Origin: an uncultured Methanosarcinales archaeon | GTDB taxonomy: Archaea > Nanobdellota > Nanobdellia > Woesearchaeales > GW2011-AR15 | Direction: 5' to 3' | Assembly (NCBI GenBank): GCA_964552005.1 | Contig: CAZKFC010000004.1 | Location: 1-59,542, forward strand | Length of the DNA: 59,542 bases | Part shown: positions 39,486-47,627 of the stretch, piece by piece | Layout of the letters: the number at the start of each line of letters is the position of its first letter | Numbering within the stretch: position 1 is the stretch's first letter | Translations under genes and position numbers: made by a program | The notes under the pieces: model-generated | What the model saw: the letters and a program-made list of their open reading frames with translations, nothing else | Database searches by the model: none | What the model was told of the DNA's origin: nothing

Positions 39486-40044
39486 CTTCAGCTTTTTCTT
39501 TTTTTAGTTTTTCTTTAGCTTCTTTAGCAGGTTTCTCTTCCTTTTCTTCCTCTTTAGGAGCTTCTTTTTTTTCTTCCTCTGCTTCGTCTTTCCTTTTTTT
39601 AGGTTTTTCTTCTTCTTTTGGTTTTTCAGCTGGTTTTTCTTCAGCAGGCGCTTCTTCTGCTGGAGCTTCAACAACTAAAGGCTTTTTACCATGTTTGAGT
39701 ATTTTCATACTAATTTGCGTTATTTTATCATGTATTGTGTTGCCGCAAACAGTTTTTCTTTTACGAATGCCTTTTTCCTTATTTCTAATACCTACTCCAC
39801 TAACCAATAAAACTTTTTTTCTAACAGGTCCTTCTATATCACGTCTCATTGGGAAACCGCAATAATCTGCGCCACCAGTTATCTCGAATTCGTATCCTGG
39901 TAGATCAAGAGCTTCTCCTCTTATTTTATCACCTATTTTTTTGTTGATAAGTTTGTCCGCGTTATCACCTGAAACTACTATCTGGGTAGATTTTCCTGTC
40001 TTCGGATCTCCAATAACTAATTTGAATTCCGCCATTATTATCAC
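39472..40044 (-). CDS. rps6e: 30S ribosomal protein S6e with Glu/Lys-rich C-terminal tail
   Basis: FKLVIGDPKTG, EITGGADYCGFPMRRD, RKTVCGN. Confidence 0.93.
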   Translation of the reverse strand: MIIMAEFKLVIGDPKTGKSTQIVVSGDNADKLINKKIGDKIRGEALDLPGYEFEITGGADYCGFPMRRDIEGPVRKKVLLVSGVGIRNKEKGIRKRKTVCGNTIHDKITQISMKILKHGKKPLVVEAPAEEAPAEEKPAEKPKEEEKPKKRKDEAEEEKKEAPKEEEKEEKPAKEAKEKLKKEKAEAKTE

Positions 40045-40253
40045 CTTAATTTTATATAGCTGAGAACTTGATTTAAGTCTCGTAATGAGATCAACCCAAG
40101 GTTTTAAGCCTCAGCACTTACAAAGAATTAATAATGACTTTAAAAAGATTTTGTTATCCATAACTTTTATAAAGCATGTATTTTTCCTCTGCAGTAAGAA
40201 ATGTGGGACTTTCCTTTATAAAGGGAGCCTGAATCTTGCCAAGGTGAAATGTA

Positions 40254-40832
40254 ATGGGAGTTTACAAATATATAAAGCAGTTGTGGAAAAACCCTAAAAA
40301 AAACAATCCTGAATTGTGGAAAAAAAGATTAATACAATGGAGACGTGAACCAGTTACAATAAGAATAGACAAGCCAACTAGGTTAGATAAAGCACGTGAG
40401 CTTGGATATAAAGCTATTAAAGGTTTTGTCATTGTAAGGCAGCGTGTGAATAAAGGTGGCCGTATGCGGCCTAAGATAAGGAAAGCACGTAGACCAAAGA
40501 CAAGGCGCCATAAAAAAATTGTTGCTCAAAATTATCAGACAATTGCAGAGCAACGAGCTAATAAAAAATATCCAAACTGTGAAGTTCTCAATAGTTACTG
40601 GGTTGCAGAAGACGGCTTATATAAATGGTATGAAGTCTTGCTAGTAGATAAAGAACATCCTGAAATTAAATCAAGACATAGTTTAAGCTGGATATCTCAG
40701 CCGCAACATCGTGGCCGTGTATACAGAGGTAAAACTTCTTCAGGAAGAAAATCTAGAGGATTAAGAAAAAAAGGCAAGGGCGCTGAAAAAGTCCGACCTT
40801 CACTAAGAGCAAAAGGCAGAAAAGCCCATTAA
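40254..40832 (+). CDS. rpl15e: 50S ribosomal protein L15e
   Basis: PTRLDKARELGYKA, EVLNSYWVAEDG, RGKTSSGRKSRGL. Confidence 0.96.
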   Translation: MGVYKYIKQLWKNPKKNNPELWKKRLIQWRREPVTIRIDKPTRLDKARELGYKAIKGFVIVRQRVNKGGRMRPKIRKARRPKTRRHKKIVAQNYQTIAEQRANKKYPNCEVLNSYWVAEDGLYKWYEVLLVDKEHPEIKSRHSLSWISQPQHRGRVYRGKTSSGRKSRGLRKKGKGAEKVRPSLRAKGRKAH

Positions 40833-40866
40833 ATTTTTATAATCTATTTTATTTTTATTGTGATAC

Positions 40867-41090
40867 GGGCTCGTAGTCTAGCGGCTACGCGTTGAAATTC
40901 CGGTGGAATTCACTGGTTAGCGGCGCGCCGCAAATGACGTCGCCCTTACATCCTTAGGGAAAGAAAGGCGGAGGTCCCCAGTTCGAATCGTGACAAGCTT
41001 TTTAAAAAAGCTTGAGCAAAATAGGTGCAACATTCAACTTTGTTGAAGTTCCACTTTTGCAATTATACGGCGAAAGTCTGGGCGGGCCCA
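40867..41090 (+). tRNA. tRNA-Val(TAC) with three introns (40887..40933 D-loop, 40951..40965 at 37/38, 40988..41076 T-loop)
   Basis: Removing the three segments gives a complete cloverleaf GGGCTCG...CT-TAC-AA...TTCGAAT...CGGGCCC-A; BHB helices GCGG/CCGC, CTTA/AAAG (one mismatch), TTCG/CGAA. Confidence 0.88.
40994..41056 (+). repeat. double-hairpin repeat copy inside the tRNA-Val(TAC) T-loop intron
   Basis: Core AGGTGC-n-ACATTCAACT-n-GTTGAAGT-n-CCACTT (30 identical positions) shared with 45781..45815 on the minus strand. Confidence 0.8.
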
Positions 41091-41152
41091 TTCATTGTTC
41101 TTTTCTTTTATAAACACAGAACGAAACACTTAAATATAATTACCATTTTAGA

Positions 41153-41410
41153 GTGCTTACAAAAATTTTTTGGAGTGGGTGTTTAAAAATTAACAATATT
41201 ATATTAGCAGGTTTTGTTGTTATATTTCTAATCTTTATTTTATTAATCTATTTAAGAATAAGAGAAAGTCCAGGAAATAATTTAAGACGAGCACGGAAAC
41301 ATCATAAATTAGGTGAAAAATACTATAATGAGGGCGATGTTGAAGAAGCTGAGTTACATTATGAGATTGCTAAACAATACAGAGAAAAAGCTTTGAAGGG
41401 TGGAAAATAA
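41153..41410 (+). CDS. small membrane protein with TPR-like helix pair
   Basis: One TM helix, then HHKLGEKYYNEGDVEEAELHYEIA. Confidence 0.65.
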   Translation: MLTKIFWSGCLKINNIILAGFVVIFLIFILLIYLRIRESPGNNLRRARKHHKLGEKYYNEGDVEEAELHYEIAKQYREKALKGGK

Positions 41411-42129
41411 TGGAGTGGTACGAGAAATTTGACTTTGACGAAGATCCTTTTTCTACAAATCCTAGGGAAAATCATGATAAACTAGTTGGTATGGAAGAAA
41501 TAATTGAAGAAATCTTTTACAGGATCAATTCTGGCAGCATGTTGGTTGTTGAGGGTCCTGAAGGAAGTGGAAAAACTACATTGTTGATGGTAGCAGCCAG
41601 GAAATTCGGCGGCAAAAAAAAGGTTGTCTATATTGACTGTAGTGTCCTTAATAAGAAGCTAAATATAACAAGAGTTTTGCAGAACAGGTATGGTTTTTTC
41701 GGCAGGTTATTTAACAAGAAACCTAAAAACATGATTCTTCTAATGGACAATGTCCATGAATTATCTAAACTAAACACAGAACGTCTTAAATATTATTTTG
41801 ACCAGAATTATATTAAGTCAATTATATTTACAACTGAGAAATACAGCAAGGTAAAATTTTCTGATAGCTTAAAAGACAGGATTGGCAAACGTGTCATTAA
41901 AATACCAAAGTTGAGCGAATATGACGCAGTTGAGATTATCAGGAAAAGAATAAATGATGACAATAATGAATTATTCAATGAGAACATCATTAAAAAAATT
42001 TTTAAGATATCCAAATATTCACCAAAAGATTTGTTAAAAAATTGTGCAAGAGTCGCCCAGGTGGCAGCTAATAAAGAGCGTAATAGAGTCCAGATGATTG
42101 ATTTAAAAGTCTTTGGGAAGAAAAAATGA
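41410..42129 (+). CDS. AAA+ family ATPase (ExeA-like N-terminus)
   Basis: WYEKFDFDEDPF, Walker A GPEGSGKT, Walker B LLMDN. Confidence 0.8.
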   Translation: MEWYEKFDFDEDPFSTNPRENHDKLVGMEEIIEEIFYRINSGSMLVVEGPEGSGKTTLLMVAARKFGGKKKVVYIDCSVLNKKLNITRVLQNRYGFFGRLFNKKPKNMILLMDNVHELSKLNTERLKYYFDQNYIKSIIFTTEKYSKVKFSDSLKDRIGKRVIKIPKLSEYDAVEIIRKRINDDNNELFNENIIKKIFKISKYSPKDLLKNCARVAQVAANKERNRVQMIDLKVFGKKK

Positions 42130-43139
42130 CGTTATGGTATAAAAAACTTGGTTTTTATAGCAATCCATTTAGTATAAAGCCTGCAGCTTTTCATGATAAA
42201 TTAGTTGCATATGACATGTCTTACATTTATAAGAAAATTAATGATGGAGAAATTTTGTTCATAGAAGGCGAGTATGGTACTGGCAAAACTACCATATTGA
42301 AAAATATTATTAGAAGGTTTAGAGGGAAAAACAGAATAATATATTATAGCTTTAACACAGGCGATTTTAACCTTAAATCCTTATTAGAAGGTGCTAATTC
42401 GTTCTTGCGTAAGATGGCTGGCTTGCGCGTTAAGAATATTGTCATGCTGTTAGATGAGGTCCAGAGCTTAAAAACTCAAGAAGCAAGACAACTACTGAAT
42501 TATTATCGGGATGGTACTATCCAGAGCATTGTCTTTGTCAGCCATGATTATGATAATGTGAAGTTTCCTGTTGAGATTGAGACTTTCCTTAACGGGAATA
42601 TCCTTAGGACAGTTGATTTGAGTTTGAACGAGGCGCTTGACTTAGTGAAATCTAGGATTGGTGATCTTGACATATTGCCAAAAAACATGGCTGCAAAATT
42701 GTTTAAATTAGCAGGGAAAAATCCAAGAAGATTTTTTGAATATTGTGAAGACACTATTAAATACGCAGTTGAGATTGGTGATGATCAAGTAACTGATTTC
42801 CATGTTAATGAGGCTCTTAAAGATGTTGTAAAAGAACAGAAAAAAAAGAAAGTTATCAGGAAATTAGCTAAAGCTGCTAAAAAGACAGTTGCTAAAAAAG
42901 CACCAGTAAAAAAGCCGGCTGTAAAGAAAGTAACTAAGAACGCTAAAGCTAAACCAAAACCTAAGCAAACTGTTGAGAAAACAAAACCCGCTTCCAAAAA
43001 ATACAAAGTAAACAAGTTAATTGAGAATACTAAAAAATCTGGTTTAGGAACTATTACAGCAAAAGAAGAACCTATATCAGAAGAAACAGAATCAGATGAG
43101 GATGTCCCTGAATATAAAGTTTATTTCTTTGATAAATGA
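42126..43139 (+). CDS. AAA+ family ATPase with Lys-rich low-complexity tail
   Basis: WYKKLGFYSNPF, GEYGTGKT, MLLDE. Confidence 0.8.
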   Translation: MTLWYKKLGFYSNPFSIKPAAFHDKLVAYDMSYIYKKINDGEILFIEGEYGTGKTTILKNIIRRFRGKNRIIYYSFNTGDFNLKSLLEGANSFLRKMAGLRVKNIVMLLDEVQSLKTQEARQLLNYYRDGTIQSIVFVSHDYDNVKFPVEIETFLNGNILRTVDLSLNEALDLVKSRIGDLDILPKNMAAKLFKLAGKNPRRFFEYCEDTIKYAVEIGDDQVTDFHVNEALKDVVKEQKKKKVIRKLAKAAKKTVAKKAPVKKPAVKKVTKNAKAKPKPKQTVEKTKPASKKYKVNKLIENTKKSGLGTITAKEEPISEETESDEDVPEYKVYFFDK

Positions 43140-43263
43140 TTAATATTATCTTTACAAAATCCTCTTAGAGGCATTTGAACCTACATCTTATTTTATAAAA
43201 TTAAGTCGGGCTAAGCAAAGCGCATCTCGACTTTTTTCGCTTAAACCTTTCTTAAAGGATTAA

Positions 43264-43335
43264 TGGACTCGGCGGGGATCGCACCCGCTGCCTTTCCCGT
43301 GCGAGGGGAACGCTCTACTGGTGAGCTACGAGCCC
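43264..43335 (-). tRNA. tRNA-Ala(CGC)
   Basis: Acceptor GGGCTCG/CGAGTCC with G3:U70; anticodon arm TTCCC-CTCGCAC-GGGAA. Confidence 0.88.
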
Positions 43336-43338
43336 GTT

Positions 43339-43412
43339 TGGGGTCCCTGGGATTCGAACCCAGATCTCAGAGTCCCGAACCCTGAATCTTAACCAAGTTG
43401 GACCAAGACCCC
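43339..43412 (-). tRNA. tRNA-Pro(CGG)
   Basis: Acceptor GGGGTCT/GGACCCC; anticodon arm CAGGG-TTCGGGA-CTCTG; T-arm CTGGG-TTCGAAT-CCCAG. Confidence 0.9.
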
Positions 43413-43546
43413 TTTATTCGGACTACTTAATATAATTAATGTAGTCCTTGGTTTTTTCCATCAATGCTTTTGTAAAAGGCTTGACCAAGTTGGACCAAGA
43501 CCCCTTAACTAATAAGTGAGAAAATAATAGAAATAAAAACTTTACC

Positions 43547-44206
43547 TTAATCAAGTTCTATATATATATTGTATGTGGCCTGGCCTAAACTTACATTAAC
43601 AGGTACTAATAATTGGAAGTCAGTTGCAGTCCCGTTAAAGCCTATAACATCATTATCAATGAGGGCAGTGTAAACAGTTGTGACTGCATCTGTGTTCAAC
43701 AAAACATTCCAAAAGACGACTTTAGGATCTGTGCTGTTATCAGTTAGTGTGGACCTGCAGCCTGTCATAAGCCTGCCGGCAACATCAAAGCTCGGATGTG
43801 TTGTATTAAGAAAAGTGTCATTTATCCCATCGCTGGTTGAGTTTGAGATGTTGAGCCGAGCTTCTTCCTGGTATATTTGTGTTTGGTTAGTGCAATTTAT
43901 GTTTGACCAGTCACTGATTACAGTGCGTGTGGCAAAAACTTCTCCACTTGGAGTAACAGCATTCCAGTCATACAAGTTACTGCCGGTTGCATCTTCAAGA
44001 ACTATGCCGCCGCCAACCTCTCCAAAAAACCCTTGCCATATCTTTGTTTCTGATGTGCCATTTATTTCTAATGGTGTTACGTTGCCACCGCCTGCAGTTA
44101 AATTTGATACATTAAGAGAAGGATCTGATAAAACATATTTAGTTTGTGAAATCATAATTATTATAGATAATATGCTCAATATGAAAATAAGTTGTTTTTT
44201 ATTCAT
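43547..44206 (-). CDS. secreted beta-rich protein, family copy 3
   Basis: Signal peptide; WQGFFGEVGG, SDWSNINC, DGINDTF, HPSF, DFQLLVP, TYNIYIEL. Confidence 0.85.
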   Translation of the reverse strand: MNKKQLIFILSILSIIIMISQTKYVLSDPSLNVSNLTAGGGNVTPLEINGTSETKIWQGFFGEVGGGIVLEDATGSNLYDWNAVTPSGEVFATRTVISDWSNINCTNQTQIYQEEARLNISNSTSDGINDTFLNTTHPSFDVAGRLMTGCRSTLTDNSTDPKVVFWNVLLNTDAVTTVYTALIDNDVIGFNGTATDFQLLVPVNVSLGQATYNIYIELD

Positions 44207-44207
44207 T

Positions 44208-44771
44208 CTAGTTACCTACTTTACTTAAAAACTGATTATAGAGATTTTGTTTAGGCTTTATTTTGAAATCATTAATGATTTGAAATACTCTATAAGGAGT
44301 TATTCCGGTTTGTTTAGCAATATTTTCTAGCAAGACGCCGTTCTGATACGCATGGATGATATGGTAATAACGAAACATTTGTGGGTTAATTTTTCTAGAA
44401 CTGATTTTCTTTGTATAATCTTGTATTAACTGTCTAACACGTTTTTCAGATATCTGCTTAGATTGCCTTGTTGACAATATATAATAACCTTTAGACAGGT
44501 TATTACCCCTTATATAGAAAGATAGGTCTTTGGCCAGTTTCCCAGAAATCCTTGAAAACCTTAGTTCTCTTGTCTCAGGATCAAAAATTTTAATTTTATT
44601 ACCTAATATATCAGAAACTTTGATATTAACTAATTCTATTAAGGTACAACCTGTTTCATAGAGAAGTCTAATCATTAACTTGTCTCTCATATCTGAGATA
44701 GAAGATATTAATTTTCTAATTTCTTGCAGTGAAAGATAGCTCTCGCTACTCTCTTTTGTTTTCTGGCTCAT
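44208..44771 (-). CDS. tyrosine recombinase (Xer/integrase) catalytic-domain homolog lacking catalytic residues
   Basis: RDKLMIRLLYETGCTLIEL, NPQMFRYY, IAKQTGIT; no N-terminal core-binding domain. Confidence 0.8.
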   Translation of the reverse strand: MSQKTKESSESYLSLQEIRKLISSISDMRDKLMIRLLYETGCTLIELVNIKVSDILGNKIKIFDPETRELRFSRISGKLAKDLSFYIRGNNLSKGYYILSTRQSKQISEKRVRQLIQDYTKKISSRKINPQMFRYYHIIHAYQNGVLLENIAKQTGITPYRVFQIINDFKIKPKQNLYNQFLSKVGN

Positions 44772-44796
44772 TTGTACCTGGTTAAATTGGGTTTAG

Positions 44797-44824
44797 TTTC
44801 CGTTTCTATATTATAAAACGGAAA
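44797..44824. promoter_or_regulatory. 28-bp imperfect palindrome upstream of the recombinase-like gene
   Basis: TTTCCGTTT-CTATATTATA-AAACGGAAA, 26-53 bp from the ATG. Confidence 0.45.
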
Positions 44825-44935
44825 AAAGGTTTTAATTGATATATATTTTATTACTTAATTTCTATTTAATTATATATAAAAAGAAACTAATATATAAATG
44901 TTTCTATTCTTTAGCCTAGTATACTTATTAGTATA

Positions 44936-45445
44936 TTAAATGAAGAAACTTAGTATACTGCCTAATATAAAATAAATTATTGTATGAATTAAGTTAAAAG
45001 CTGCTGCTTGTGGATCAAAACCTATTATAATATTAAAAAGTGTTCTAAGTAAGTTAAAAAAGATAATTCCATATATGATTGCTGATGTTGACGTTAAAAT
45101 AAATCCAAAAAGTACTAATGTAATCATAATTGAAATAAAATTGATTATACTATGGTGGTTGAATCTACCTGATAATAAATCTATAATTGGCTGTGCTATA
45201 ATAATAAAGTAGATTGCAGACATTGGGTCGTATAAATAAGTTAAGAGTAAAGCAGAGAATGGTACAGGATCGACATCTAAGGCAATAGCAGTGCCAAACT
45301 TTATCATAAATATTAGGCAGAATAAAAATAATCCAACTTCCACAATGATGTTCTTTGTTAAAGTAAGCAGCATTAATACAAGAATAATCATTAATATTTG
45401 TAGTTTAAAAGGCACCTTGGTAAAGAAATTTTTTGTTTTGGCCAT
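44936..45445 (-). CDS. multi-pass membrane protein
   Basis: About five hydrophobic helices. Confidence 0.7.
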   Translation of the reverse strand: MAKTKNFFTKVPFKLQILMIILVLMLLTLTKNIIVEVGLFLFCLIFMIKFGTAIALDVDPVPFSALLLTYLYDPMSAIYFIIIAQPIIDLLSGRFNHHSIINFISIMITLVLFGFILTSTSAIIYGIIFFNLLRTLFNIIIGFDPQAAAFNLIHTIIYFILGSILSFFI

Positions 45446-45488
45446 ATAATATTAGAATGTGTGTGGATTATATAAAGTTAAAGTAATA

Positions 45489-45722
45489 CTATCTGTTTTT
45501 ATTGGGCAATGCATCAAATTCTTTTTTCTTGCTTTCTATCCATTTCTGCATAGCTTTTGGATTTTGCATTAATTCGCGCATCTCATTCATGACTTTTATA
45601 TGAGCTTCATCACCTTTTTGAGCCATTTCCATACCATGTTTTTTGCTTAACTCTGCCATCTCCTCAAAAGTTTCAGCATGAAATTCTTTATCACAAGCTC
45701 CTCTTAACTGCTTACATGTCAT
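45489..45722 (-). CDS. DUF1059-like small metal-binding protein
   Basis: MTCKQLRGACDKEFHAETFEEM...H; start moved to ATG 45722. Confidence 0.75.
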   Translation of the reverse strand: MTCKQLRGACDKEFHAETFEEMAELSKKHGMEMAQKGDEAHIKVMNEMRELMQNPKAMQKWIESKKKEFDALPNKNR

Positions 45723-45780
45723 TGTTTTTATAATATCACTATTGTGTAAGAGCTTAGAACTGATTATAAATCTTATCTTT

Positions 45781-45844
45781 AAGTGGGACTTCAACTTCAG
45801 TTGAATGTCGCACCTCTTTTCCATGCATGCTTTTAGTAAAAGGA
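45781..45844 (-). repeat. double-hairpin repeat copy directly 3' of tRNA-Leu
   Basis: TCCTTTTACTAAAAGCATGCATGGAAAAGAGGTGCGACATTCAACTGAAGTTGAAGTCCCACTT. Confidence 0.8.
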
Positions 45845-45957
45845 TGCGGGGGAAGGGATTTGAACCCTCGGACTCACTAAGAGACAGGATATCTTACCAA
45901 GGTACAACCAAGGCTGTCTTAAGTCCTGCGCGTTTGACCAGACTTCGCTACCCCCGC
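45845..45957 (-). tRNA. tRNA-Leu(TAA) with 27-nt intron (45891..45917)
   Basis: Acceptor GCGGGGG/CCCCCGC, long variable arm, BHB helix CTTA/TAAG. Confidence 0.92.
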
Positions 45958-45992
45958 GCTAATGTCAAGAATTAAAACTTGATTTAAATATT

Positions 45993-46400
45993 TTACTCGT
46001 CTAACATGGTTTTTATATATTTGATAGAGCCTGTGTCTTTAAGAGCTTTTTTTATTGCAACATCCAACAACATTGGTTCTATGGGTTTAGTAACAAGATC
46101 AGCACTTATGTAACTAACATCTTTCTTAGTTTGCTCATCAGTTTTTGCTGTTAGAAATATTATGGGTATATTTTTAGTTTTATCATCTTGTTTTAATTGT
46201 TCAGAAAAAATAATGCCATCTTTCCCAGGCATCATAATATCCAAAATTATTAAATCATATTCATCCTTTTTTGCAAAAGTAAAAGCCTCATCCGCATTAT
46301 GCGCACAGGTAACAGAATAATCTTTATCCATCTTTTCCAACATTTTTTTAATTGAGAAAGTAATGTCTTCGTTGTCATCAACCACTAAAATTCTTATCAT
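45993..46400 (-). CDS. stand-alone CheY-like response regulator receiver
   Basis: ILVVDD, LDIMMPGKDG, FLTA, KP. Confidence 0.92.
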   Translation of the reverse strand: MIRILVVDDNEDITFSIKKMLEKMDKDYSVTCAHNADEAFTFAKKDEYDLIILDIMMPGKDGIIFSEQLKQDDKTKNIPIIFLTAKTDEQTKKDVSYISADLVTKPIEPMLLDVAIKKALKDTGSIKYIKTMLDE

Positions 46401-46438
46401 TTTATTTATTGAGGTAACTAAATTATTAAATATTTCGT

Positions 46439-47359
46439 TTATCTCACGAGATTTTTCAATCCAATACTTTTTGCATAGTTAAAAACATCATTATATTCAT
46501 CGTTATATAATCTTCTATTCATCTCTTTATAGTTAAATGCGTGCCATGCCGGATAATATTGTCCTAATATATTCACTCTGCTCCATTTATTCAAATTTTC
46601 TTTAATCCATTTTACAATAGATTTTGCACAACAATCAATGTGAGAAGGCATTACTAAAATCCTAATTAATAACTCAGAGTCTTTACTTGCTGTTAAGAAA
46701 TTCCTTTTTACAGTATTAACATAATCTTCTGTGAAACTGTATTTACTAGCACATTTATCATTAAAATATCGAAAATCTAATAAATAAATATCAACGATGC
46801 CTTTCAAAATATTAGCTGTTTTCTCACTATAATAAGAATTACTGTTCCAGACAACAGGTATGTCTGCTTTACATAATTTTAAACATTTTAAGATATTATA
46901 TAGGTAAGGCGTGGGCTCGCCACCAACAAAGTTAACGTTTTTACAACCGCGATCCCACATGTTTTCTATCCACTTTGCACCTTCTTTTTCAGTCCATTCA
47001 GTACCATGATTAGGTGTAACACTACCTGGCGCATTCTGACAATATACGCAGCGCATATTACAACCAGCCATGAACAATGTAGCAGAAGGTATTAATTCAG
47101 GTTCTTCACCCCAATGAGTATGCGCGCCAAATATTTTCCAGTTAATATCCACACCACAAAATCCAGTCGCTTTAAATCTGTTAACTCGGCATTTTCTTTC
47201 ACATAATTCACATTCTGCTATTATTTTTTCTACTTGTTTTATTTTTTTATTAAGTAAGCCTTTTTCTTTATTAATCTGAAATCTAGGTTTTTGTTTTCCA
47301 GCTAATATTTTTAGATAGTTAGGATAAGCTTTTTTTATTCCGTTAATCATTCTCCCCAA
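46439..47359 (-). CDS. radical SAM protein (PflX-like)
   Basis: CELCERKC, GCNMRCVYCQN, NFVGGEPTP. Confidence 0.9.
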   Translation of the reverse strand: MGRMINGIKKAYPNYLKILAGKQKPRFQINKEKGLLNKKIKQVEKIIAECELCERKCRVNRFKATGFCGVDINWKIFGAHTHWGEEPELIPSATLFMAGCNMRCVYCQNAPGSVTPNHGTEWTEKEGAKWIENMWDRGCKNVNFVGGEPTPYLYNILKCLKLCKADIPVVWNSNSYYSEKTANILKGIVDIYLLDFRYFNDKCASKYSFTEDYVNTVKRNFLTASKDSELLIRILVMPSHIDCCAKSIVKWIKENLNKWSRVNILGQYYPAWHAFNYKEMNRRLYNDEYNDVFNYAKSIGLKNLVR

Positions 47360-47390
47360 AGTATTAATAGGTAAAGAAAGTATAAAAAAT

Positions 47391-47627
47391 TTATCTAAGC
47401 TTATTTATAATTAAGAATATTAAAGTTAATATTATTGAAATTATAATAGAGGTTGTTATTGGGAAATAAAACTTAAAATTATCTTTTTCTATCCTAATAT
47501 CACCAGGTAAATTTCCTAAACCAATTTTTGATCCAAACAACCAAATTATTCCAAATATAATTAAGATAAAACCTGCAATAATTATAAGATAAGGAAAATA
47601 TTTGTCGTTAATCATTTGCATATACAA
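47391..47627 (-). CDS. DUF2905-like small membrane protein
   Basis: GLGNLPGDI...FYFPITTSIIISIILT. Confidence 0.85.
   Translation of the reverse strand: MYMQMINDKYFPYLIIIAGFILIIFGIIWLFGSKIGLGNLPGDIRIEKDNFKFYFPITTSIIISIILTLIFLIINKLR

Noticed and set aside
39472-39680. Glu/Lys/Pro-rich tail on S6e
   Set aside because: Low-complexity charged tails recur on several proteins here (NYN, AAA ATPase); appears to be a lineage habit
43158-43183. T-arm-like AGGTTCAAATGCCT on the minus strand 3' of tRNA-Ala
   Set aside because: No acceptor, D or anticodon arm could be built
43264-45957. Integrated element or provirus between the tRNAs, suggested by the integrase-like gene
   Set aside because: The recombinase lacks its catalytic residues, no att pair spans the region, and no viral or plasmid genes are present
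45993-46400. Orphan response regulator
   Set aside because: Stand-alone receivers are common; the kinase may be outside the window
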